DNA of 64,000 nucleotides, taken from Trichoplax adhaerens (taxonomy: Eukaryota; Animalia; Placozoa). Of the stretch, positions 13,701 through 22,620 are shown piece by piece. Under the pieces are notes generated by a model, which was given only the letters and a program-made list of their open reading frames with translations, was not told the DNA's origin and ran no database searches. Location of the stretch: assembly GCF_000150275.1 (NCBI RefSeq), contig NW_002060952.1:1802606-1866605 (forward strand), written 5' to 3'. The position numbers and the translations under genes were made by a program. Within the stretch, counting starts at the first letter, position 1. Each line of letters begins with the position of its first letter.

Positions 13701-14061
13701 GAATGAAGGTGATAGAAATAATCTAAGGGTCAATTCATCATGATTGTAGAGAAGAAGGTGCACAGGCTTGGATTTGTGCAGTCGATATACTAATCTATAG
13801 TATTAGCTGGAGATTATGAGTGGAAACGACGATCTGATGGTGCTAACGCGATTTGTCGACTCTAAGTGCTGGTAAGAGAATGAAACATCCACTTTGACGC
13901 ATTACTTTATACTATACTTTAATCTAGAATATGAAATGATTTATTTCATTTTGACCTGAGTACGGGTTTAAAGAGATACACCATCGAATTAATAAGGCTA
14001 TTAGAGTTGCTATGATATTATCCAAAATAAATCCATGGGGGTTGCTAAGAAATTCCGCCAT
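10775..14061 (-). CDS. ALG6: Dolichyl-P-Glc:Man9GlcNAc2-PP-Dol alpha-1,3-glucosyltransferase, 11 exons
   Basis: Exons (minus strand): 14061-13956, 13492-13408, 13063-12885, 12754-12604, 12374-12062, 11945-11860, 11715-11631, 11519-11449, 11360-11292, 11204-11078, 10987-10775. Family motifs: [86 protein letters not shown]. Confidence 0.95.
12375..12603 (-). other. U12-type (minor spliceosome) GT-AG intron in ALG6
   Basis: The 5' splice site is CA|GTATCCTAAC (U12 consensus RTATCCTT). The branch site CCCTTAAC (12392-12385) has its A ~12 nt from the terminal AG, with no polypyrimidine tract. Splicing restores GHFQ|YNCCSLG. Confidence 0.85.
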
Positions 14062-14766
14062 AGTTTCCTTCGCTGCAATCGTAATACGTAACTACTATCA
14101 TCGACTACTACAGTAGACAGAGTGATTGATCTACAGTACAGTACTGTAAACTATTACTCTAACACACTTCAATGTTACAATGGACAGTACTGTACAAGTG
14201 TACATACTCTACAGTACTGTACTGTATGTTGTGTATTGTACAGTACTGGACGGATAACCATCTACCGTGTGCCATACTGTACGGTGCACGGTAGCGGGTA
14301 AATTGAACTGAAATGCTTATCGTATAAACTTATTGTTTCCATACGGCAACAATAAGTCTAAGAGCAACTGCGATAGCGGCTGCGCGACTTCAAGGGTTCA
14401 AACTCAAGCCTTTTTTTTCATACAGTACTAAAGACTATGAACTCCTTTGTAATTAAACTAAGAAATACCCAGGAAAACTGAATGAAAATGAGCTAAGAAA
14501 TCGTCAATACACTCTATGAAACTTTAAATTTCGATAAGATCGATATACTTGATACATTTTCATAGTAGAAAACCTATTTCTCTGGTATTTTCTGAAGGAG
14601 ATTTTCGTTTTCGCCAATGTCGGCCATGATTTCTTGCCAACTTTGCACTGTAGACCAGCGCAGTTAGTACTGTAGAGATCTCATCCACCAGCAATATTAA
14701 CTTACTGTACAGTACTGTACAGTGTACAGTATCAATTTATTAGTCGTCAAGCGAAGACGATACTGA
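14062..14766. promoter_or_regulatory. Probable divergent promoter region between ALG6 (-) and the TPR gene (+), dense in TACAGTA/TACTGTA palindromic words
   Basis: Lies directly upstream of the ALG6 ATG (14061), is GC-richer than its flanks, and carries many overlapping ACAGTACTGT / GTACAGT motifs at 14108-14283 and 14666-14731. Promoter function is inferred from position. Confidence 0.5.
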
Positions 14767-15393
14767 ATACTATTCAAAATGTCTTTAACTTCTCATTACA
14801 TTATCTAGTATGAGTTTAATGTGACTAATGATTCCATTTCTGTCATTAATATCGACTCATGTAATAACTTACAGTACACTGTACTATTCAAAATGTCTTC
14901 AAGTTCGCATTACATTATCTAGTATGAGTTTAATGCGACTATACTATTCAAAATGTCTTCAACATCTCATTACATTATCTAGTATGAGTTTAATGTGACC
15001 AATGATTCCATTTCTGTCATTAATATCGATTCATGTAATAAGTTGCAGTACACTATACTATTCAAAATGTCTTCAAGTTCGCATTACATTATCTAGTATG
15101 AGTTTAATGCGACCATACTATTCAATATGTCTTCAACTTCTCATTACATTATCTAGTATGAGTTTAGTGTGACTATACTGTACTATTCAAAATGTCTTCA
15201 ACTTCTCATTACATTATCTAGTATGAGTTTAATGTGACCAATGATTCCATTTCTGTCATTGATATCGACTCATGTAATGACTTACAGTACACTATACTAT
15301 TCAAAATGTCTTCAACTTCTCATTCCATTATCTAGTAGGAGTTTAATGTGACGAATAATTCCATTTCTATAATTAATATCGACTCATGTAATA
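14767..15393 (+). repeat. Compound minisatellite of a 60-bp unit A and a 54-bp unit B, order A B A A B A A A B A B'
   Basis: A = ATACTATTCAAAATGTCTTCAACTTCTCATTACATTATCTAGTATGAGTTTAATGTGACT (starts 14767, 14881, 14941, 15055, 15115, 15180, 15294). B = AATGATTCCATTTCTGTCATTAATATCGACTCATGTAATAACTTACAGTACACT (starts 14827, 15001, 15240, partial 15354). Confidence 0.95.
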
Positions 15394-16144
15394 CGTTTGC
15401 GTTCATCATGTACAGCTTTACAGTGTATAGCGAAAGCTAAAACTTGTGGTACAGGACGTGATATTTTCGAAATTGGATCCTCAATTGTATGGATGATAAA
15501 TCTTCATTTTATCCTTAGTCGGTTTATAGAATTATTATACTGTCTGATGGTATGAGGTTCAATAATATACTATACTTAATAACAGTATTCCTCTTTCAAA
15601 TATATTGCAAGATAGATCCGCAGTATATTTTTACAGCCATTCCGCCATGACGGTAAAGTAAATGCTTCAAATAGAATTACTCATTTAAATAAGCAATAAA
15701 CAACAACTTTGACAGTAATGCATCATCAGCGGTTCGAAATAAAATAAATAAATAAATAACTCTGACTCGTTGACGCATTAAAATTGCTATTGTAATATTT
15801 TATCATGCTACTTTGAATACCACAAGAAAAATTGAATTTTAAGTAATAACAAATTTGAAATTTTTACAGTAAATGATGTTATTTGCAATGTTTATCATAA
15901 TTTTCGTTTCATTCGAATAAACAGTTACAAAGTTGAAATGTATAATACGCTCACTATATAAGTAGCCTAATGTACAACCTACTTATTTTTCATCTTATTT
16001 TTCAATAGATTATCGATCCTTTAGTTACGAGCAATAAATTCATTATATATATAAAGACAATAACATTCCATCTATCTGGCAATCTTAATCGGCGATATTT
16101 TGATTTATTGTACACGAGTTTTTAATACCTGCAAAATTCAAGCG

Positions 16145-19100
16145 ATGTCTACAATTATTATTGATCCTGATCGAGTTCAATATTATGTCTGCCTTCTTCT
16201 TAGTGGCATATACTTACAGCAAAGTGAATGCGGGAAGGCTAAACAATTAGCAGAAAAAGCGCGAGAAATAGGCGAGAAGCTAAAGGATGAAATAATGATC
16301 GCTGAAAGTTTTCATAGATATGGTGACATTAAGCAAGTGGAAGGACATCTAAATGAAGCATTGAATAGTTATATAAAATCGGTTAATATAAAATTAGGGC
16401 ATGTAGATGAATGTAATACGAGTATCGCTAATTCGTATAAAGAGATAGGAATCATTCACTGTAGTCAATGTAATTATAAAGAGGCTATTTCGATGCTTGA
16501 AAAATCACTCGAAATTAGATTGTCAATCCATGATCGCAATCATCCCGATGTTGCCGCATCATACAGCAATCTAGCAAATGTGTATTTAGATCAAGGCAAG
16601 CATGAAGAAGCTATTTCTATGTATGAGAAGTCTCTTAAAATTGCATTGTCAGTCTTTGGTCATAATCATCTCGATGTTGCCAAATCATATAATAATCTAG
16701 GAAATGTGTATTTGGATCAAGGTAAGCATGAAGAAGCCATTTCTATGTATCAGAAATCTCTCAAAATTACTTTATCAGTCTTTAGTCATAATCACCCCGA
16801 TCTTGCCAAATCATATAATAATATGGGAGCTGCATATAGACATCAAGGCAAGTATGAACAAGCTATTTCCATGTATGAGAAGTCTCTCAAAATTATATTG
16901 TTAGTCTTTGGTAATAATCATCCCGATGCTGCTAAATCATATAACAACATGGCAGTTGTATATTTTAATCAAGGTAAGAATAAAGAGGCAATTTCTATGT
17001 ATAATAAGTCTCTCAAAATTACATTATCAGTTTTTGGTCATAATCATCCCGATGTTGCTGCGTCATATAACAACATGGGAGTTGCACACAGACATCAAGG
17101 CAAGTATGAAGAGGCTATTTCTATGCATGAAAAGTCTCTCGAAATTCAATTGTCAGTTTTGGGTCATAGTCATCCCGATGTTGCCAAATCATATAACAAC
17201 ATAGGAGCTGCATATTTTAATCTAGGCAAACATGACAAAGCCATTTCTATGTATGAAAAGTCTCTTGAAATTCAATTGTCTGTCTTTGGTCATAATCACC
17301 CTGATGTTGCTGCATCATGTAACAACATGGGAGTTGTATACAGTAATCAAAGCAAGTATGAAGAGGCTATTTTTATGTATAAGAAATCTCTTAGAATTAC
17401 TTTATCATTTTTTGGTCATAATCATTCCGATGTTGCTAGATCATATAACAACATAGGAGCTGCATGTTTCAATCAAGGCAAATATGAAGAAGCTATTTCT
17501 ATGTATGAGAAGTCACTTAAAATTCAATTGTCAGTCTTTGGTTATAGTCATTCCAGTGTTGCTCAATCATATAACAATATAGGATCTACATATTTTAATC
17601 TAGGCAAACATGAAGAGGCTATTTCTATGCTTGAAAAGTCACTTAAAATTCAATTGTCAGTCTTTGGCCATAATCATCCTGATGTTGCCAAATCATATAA
17701 CGATTTAGGAAGTGTGTATTTAGATCTAGGCAAATATGAAGAGGCTATTTCTATTTATGAGAAGTCGCTCAGAATTCACTTTTCAGTCTTTGATCACAAT
17801 CATTCCGATATTGCTACATCATATAACAATATGGGGGAGGTCTATAAACATCAAGGCAAGCACGAAGAGGCTATTTCTATGTATAAGAAGTCACTCAAAA
17901 TTCAATTGTCAGTTTATGGCTATAATCATCCCAGTGTTGCTACATCATATAACAACATGGGAGCTGCATATTCTAACCAAGGCAAGCATGAAGAAGCTAT
18001 TTCTATGTGTGAGAAATCACTCAAAATTAGATTGTCAGTCCTTGATCGTAATCACCCTGATGTCGCTGCATCATATAACAACCTAGGAAATGTATATTTA
18101 GATCAAGGTAAGTATGAAGAGGCTATTTATTTGTATAAGAAGTCTCTTGAAATTAGATTATCAGCCTTTGGTCATAATCATCGCGATGTTGCTGCGTCAT
18201 ATAACAATCTAGGAATTGTGTATGGTAATCAAGGCAAACATGAAGAGGCTGTTTATATGTATGAGAAGTCTCTCAAAATCAGATTATTAGTCTTTGGTAG
18301 TAATCATCCCAACGTTGCTACATCATATAACAACATAGGAGAGGCATATAGACATCAAGGCAAGGATGAAGAGGCTATTTCTATGCATGAGAAGTCACTC
18401 AAAATTCAATTATCGCTTTTTGGCCATAATCATCCCAATGTTTCTACATCATACAACAACATTGGAACAGTATATAATAATCAAGGAAAGCATAAAGAGG
18501 CTATTTCTATGTATGAGAAGTCTCTGAATATTCAATTGTCAGTTTTTGGTCATAATCATCCTGATGTTGCTACATCATATAGCAATCTAGGAAATGTGTA
18601 TTTAGATCAAGGCAAGCATGAAGAGGCTATTTCTATCTATGAGAAGTCTCTCAAAATCAGATTGTTAGTTTTTGGTCATAATCACTTCGATGTTGCCAAA
18701 TCATATAACAACTTGGGAGCTGCATATGGACATCAAGACAAGCATGAAGAGGCTATTTCTATGTATAAGGAATCACTCAAAATTCAATTATCAGTCTTTG
18801 GTCATAACCATCCCGATGTTGCTACATCATATAACAACATAGGAGAGGTATATAGACATCAAAGCAAGCACGATGAGGCTATTTATATATATGAGAAGTC
18901 TCTCAAAATTAGATTATCAGTCTTTGGTTATGATCATCCTGATGTTGCCAAATCATATAATAATATGGGAGCTGCTTACTTAAATCAAGGTAAACATGAA
19001 GAGGCTACTTCTATGTATAAGAAGTCACTTAAAATTACATTGCGAATCTTTAGCCGTAATCATCCTGATGTTGCCAAATTATATAGCAATCTAGGAGATC

Positions 19101-19864
19101 TGTATGATAAACAAGGCAAGCATAAAGAGAGTATTTCTATGTATGAGAAATCTCTCAAAATTACATTGTTAGTCTTTGGTTCCAAGCATCCCGATGTTGC
19201 CAAATCATATAACAATCTAGGAAGTGTGTATGATAATCAAGGCAAGTATGAAGAAGCTATTTCTATGTATGAGAAATCTCTCAAAATAACATTGTTAGTC
19301 TTCGGCCTTAATCATTCGGATGTTGCCAAATCATATAACAACCTGGGAGCTGCATATAGACATCAAGGCAAGCATGAAGAGGCTATTTCTATGTATGAGA
19401 AGTCACTAAAAATTATATTGTCAGTCTTTGACTGCAATCATCTCGACGTTGCAGTATTATACAACAATCTGGGAATTTTGTACTTAGATCAAGGCAAGTA
19501 TGAAGAAGCTATTCATATGTACGAGAAGTCTCTCAAAATTAGATTGTTAGCCCTTGATCATAATCATCCCGATATTGCTAATTCGTATAATAACATAGGA
19601 GAGGCATATAGACATCAAGGCAAGCATAAAGAGGCTATTTCTATGCATGAGAAGTCACTCAAAATTCAGTTATTAGTCTTTGATCATAATCATCCCGATA
19701 TTGCTGCATCGTACAACTATATAGGAGAGGCATATAGACATCAAGACAAGCATAAAGAGGCTATTTCTATGTATGAGAAGTCACTCAAAATTAAATTGTC
19801 GCTCATTGATCACTATCATCCCGATGATGCTGCGTCGTACACAATTTATAAAATATGTATTTAG
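16145..19864 (+). CDS. Tetratricopeptide-repeat protein with ~28 tandem 42-aa TPRs (kinesin-light-chain/nephrocystin-3 type)
   Basis: Uninterrupted ORF (track start TTG 16100; first ATG 16145). It has 26 complete, highly similar repeats with consensus HPDVAKSYNNLGxxYxxQGKHEEAISMYEKSLKIxLSVFGHN (126-bp period), plus ~2 diverged N-terminal repeats. An acceptor-like TTTTTCAATAG at 16008 suggests an upstream exon. Confidence 0.92.
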   Translation: MSTIIIDPDRVQYYVCLLLSGIYLQQSECGKAKQLAEKAREIGEKLKDEIMIAESFHRYGDIKQVEGHLNEALNSYIKSVNIKLGHVDECNTSIANSYKEIGIIHCSQCNYKEAISMLEKSLEIRLSIHDRNHPDVAASYSNLANVYLDQGKHEEAISMYEKSLKIALSVFGHNHLDVAKSYNNLGNVYLDQGKHEEAISMYQKSLKITLSVFSHNHPDLAKSYNNMGAAYRHQGKYEQAISMYEKSLKIILLVFGNNHPDAAKSYNNMAVVYFNQGKNKEAISMYNKSLKITLSVFGHNHPDVAASYNNMGVAHRHQGKYEEAISMHEKSLEIQLSVLGHSHPDVAKSYNNIGAAYFNLGKHDKAISMYEKSLEIQLSVFGHNHPDVAASCNNMGVVYSNQSKYEEAIFMYKKSLRITLSFFGHNHSDVARSYNNIGAACFNQGKYEEAISMYEKSLKIQLSVFGYSHSSVAQSYNNIGSTYFNLGKHEEAISMLEKSLKIQLSVFGHNHPDVAKSYNDLGSVYLDLGKYEEAISIYEKSLRIHFSVFDHNHSDIATSYNNMGEVYKHQGKHEEAISMYKKSLKIQLSVYGYNHPSVATSYNNMGAAYSNQGKHEEAISMCEKSLKIRLSVLDRNHPDVAASYNNLGNVYLDQGKYEEAIYLYKKSLEIRLSAFGHNHRDVAASYNNLGIVYGNQGKHEEAVYMYEKSLKIRLLVFGSNHPNVATSYNNIGEAYRHQGKDEEAISMHEKSLKIQLSLFGHNHPNVSTSYNNIGTVYNNQGKHKEAISMYEKSLNIQLSVFGHNHPDVATSYSNLGNVYLDQGKHEEAISIYEKSLKIRLLVFGHNHFDVAKSYNNLGAAYGHQDKHEEAISMYKESLKIQLSVFGHNHPDVATSYNNIGEVYRHQSKHDEAIYIYEKSLKIRLSVFGYDHPDVAKSYNNMGAAYLNQGKHEEATSMYKKSLKITLRIFSRNHPDVAKLYSNLGDLYDKQGKHKESISMYEKSLKITLLVFGSKHPDVAKSYNNLGSVYDNQGKYEEAISMYEKSLKITLLVFGLNHSDVAKSYNNLGAAYRHQGKHEEAISMYEKSLKIILSVFDCNHLDVAVLYNNLGILYLDQGKYEEAIHMYEKSLKIRLLALDHNHPDIANSYNNIGEAYRHQGKHKEAISMHEKSLKIQLLVFDHNHPDIAASYNYIGEAYRHQDKHKEAISMYEKSLKIKLSLIDHYHPDDAASYTIYKICI

Positions 19865-20095
19865 ATTAAGGCAAGCATGAAGAAGCTTCTTCGATGTAAG
19901 GGAAATCACTCAAAATTCAATCCTCAGTTCGTTATCACAATTATTCTGATTTTGTCAAATCATATAACAAGATGAAAGTTGCATATAATAATCAGGGCAA
20001 ATACGAACAGGTTATGTCTGTCCTGGAGAAATCATTCAAAATTTTAACTGTCAGTTTTGATCTCAACTTTTGCGATATTGCTACGATTATACACG
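19841..20095 (+). pseudogene. Two decayed TPR repeats beyond the frameshift that terminates the TPR ORF
   Basis: A 1-nt deletion at ~19841 (TCG TAC -AC AAT) shifts the frame. The original frame continues N-L-*-NMYLD*GKHEEASSM*GKSLKIQ and then SYNKMKVAYNNQGKYEQVMSVLEKSFKI. Confidence 0.85.
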
Positions 20096-20888
20096 TATGT
20101 AGCAATATTTCACATTACTAAAGAGCATCAATTAGCTTTTATGGTTGTAGAGAAAGACATATAAGTCGTATTAACGCTAATAGTAAGATGTTCGAAAGTC
20201 CAATAAATTAACGGGCATATGATGATACGATCGACTGTGTGAGATTAGGGCTTTACTTTATCTTTAGCGACTAACCCAAAATTTAGACTCTTGCTATGTA
20301 CGACATAAACTTAGGACCTAGTGTACAGTGCAAGCTATTAAAACGGTATAAGCGTTGGATATAATACAACAATTCGTCAATTCTGGGGGATTTGTTTTTA
20401 CGCCAAAGGTGATTTAAAGCTGGCGTGGATTGATGAATTATATTAAAAGCATGTTTTAGATCTTACCAATAAAGATGAAGTTAGTATGATATTTCCTATT
20501 CAATTTAACCACATTTACAAGAACGAGCGCAACTAATCGAGCAAAAACAGTTTTGGGGTGATGTAACTTGAAAGCAATGATGTAGATGATATCGACTCTG
20601 TGATTTACAAGGGAAAGTAGGTCAAGGACTTTTCATCGAATTGAAAGATCGTGTCAAAGACGTTAGTGAGTTTACTGAGCTATCAGCAAAAACAACGGAA
20701 GAAGGGATTAAATTTGCCGAAGTTGCAGGAAAATTAAAGACAGGTTGATGCCATCAAGTAAAAAATAAAAAAATTTAAGTTAAAACTCAGCTGTTGACGA
20801 AAAGCAGATTCTTTAAATTTTGATACTGACAATCTAAAATGCACTATTTGCTCAATTTTTGCTATTATAAATGAGTGATGGTCAATAC

Positions 20889-21130
20889 AAATTCTTACTG
20901 CTATTCGTATTTCCATATTAGTGTAATTTGATCTCAATACTCATCATCTAAAAATAGACTAATTTTTTAATCTCTTGCTGTCTTGGTTTTATTTTATCGT
21001 TTAAGTAAGAGAGCGGTGATTAATAGAAAATTTTACTGCTATTCGCACGTTCCTATTAGTGAAATTGGATGTCGAAACTTGTCATCTGTAACATAATAAG
21101 GTTCGATCCTTTCGTCTTGTCAATTTTTAT
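20889..21130 (+). repeat. Diverged two-copy tandem repeat, ~140-bp period
   Basis: AAATTCTTACTGCTATTCGTATTTCCATATTAGTG...TCATCT (20889) versus AAATTTTACTGCTATTCGCACGTTCCTATTAGTG...TCATCT (21028). Confidence 0.7.
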
Positions 21131-22305
21131 CCTGTACAGACATCTGATCATGCTATCATTCTTAGTAATAATCCTCAATTATTTATTGTTGTTATTGTCG
21201 TCACTTCTTTATCAATTATCTCCTATTCATATACTGTACATGTCTTGATAAATCAAACTTTGTCAAGATTCCTTTGTTAATTAGTATAACAATTATCTTT
21301 TCCGATGGGCGACATAACCGGTCATGGCCATTATGCAATAAAATTATTAGTTATCGTTAAATTTATTTTTCTGTCTGTTTGTATCGCTTACCAATTAATC
21401 TCTTGAATATACTAGTATGAAGCAAGAAATTGGTCGTGCAATTCGTTTACATGCTTTTTCATGCTTTGGAAGGTACTTTTATGTATTTTAAGCAATTTCT
21501 ACATTTGTCCCTATTTTGAAATCGCTCCTGTAAAATTTAGAAATACTACAGTGCCGTTGATAAAAGACTTAGCTTGATCATGGACCAAGCAAGAAAAATG
21601 TCGAATATTGTTAATTCACACTAGCTAAAAATAAAAAAGACATGATATCTGCTAAAACTATTTTCAATTGAGCCAACTTTTACTTCAATTACTGTATTTT
21701 GTAAATAAATCTCGAGTATAGTATCTAACATTGACATATCCCTCTATGTACTTAATCCTGACTCTCTATGATGTATTGTGTTGGGAGAAATTTGTATTAT
21801 CTCTGTGTAATCTATTACTCAGTCCACGAATAAAAACCGACCTACTGTAAAATCTGATCATCTATATGATCTTCTGGTATCTCTAATACTGCATCTATGA
21901 ATTGATGTTGTTCATTTCCCTGACACTGATTATAAATGTTTCGATTTTTAAAGTAATCCTATGAAGTAATACAGTAATTACTTTTATTAAGGCCATTAAG
22001 CTGATTTCTTACTGTCATTTACTCATTTTATTTTCATTCCTTGTAAACTCGATTCTATAACAGTCGAGTTAAAATATTGCAACCATCCACCTTAGTGAGA
22101 CAAGCGATGAATGTTATCCATTAAACTGCAGCATTATAGTACGTTTCATTATGATCAATCATGGTTTTAACAAACTGGTGTATCTCTTAGTGGCATCTTG
22201 ACTTTTGCATCTCAGTATTATATACTCTACCCATGCATAAGCGTGCAGTAAAGGTATCTAAGCTGCCGCTTTCATTTTACAGTATAGTTGCCTATTTTTC
22301 ACTCT

Positions 22306-22620
22306 AGCTACATATCCAATTTCTTGTTTTCCTCTACGTTAGCCAAAAGTATAAGGAGCAACTATAGGCTTGAATATCGAACTATTTATCAGGTAGTGGT
22401 CTTTCAAGTAACGATATATCCAACTACTGTATAGCCAACAACTATCATAGCAAGAACTCATCGTAAGTAGGAAACTGGTCGAGTAGAGTTAATCAGTTTC
22501 ATAACATACGTAGTACTATACAGTGTACAGTATCATTAGCTGATAGCTTTGGTTCATGAAGCCAAAATTTTAACTATCTACTAATAATTTATTATTGTCG
22601 GATAGTTAGATAGTTAATGG
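22306..22620 (-). repeat. Diverged dispersed repeat, copy 2 (inverted relative to 8481-8772)
   Basis: The reverse complement aligns by eye with 8481-8772, with indels. Confidence 0.7.

Noticed and set aside
14370-14418. tRNA/Pol III gene suggested by GGTTCAAACTC followed by a T run (similar GGTTCGAACTC near 52239)
   Set aside because: No cloverleaf, no convincing A box, and the T-stem does not pair.
14767-15393. CRISPR-like repeat/spacer appearance (also 62541-63169)
   Set aside because: The spacers are copies of one 54-bp unit, the repeats are 60 bp and often adjacent, there are no cas genes, and the context is eukaryotic. This is a minisatellite.
16704-18086. Four alternative-frame ORFs inside the TPR gene
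   Set aside because: These are shadow frames generated by the 126-bp periodic coding repeat.
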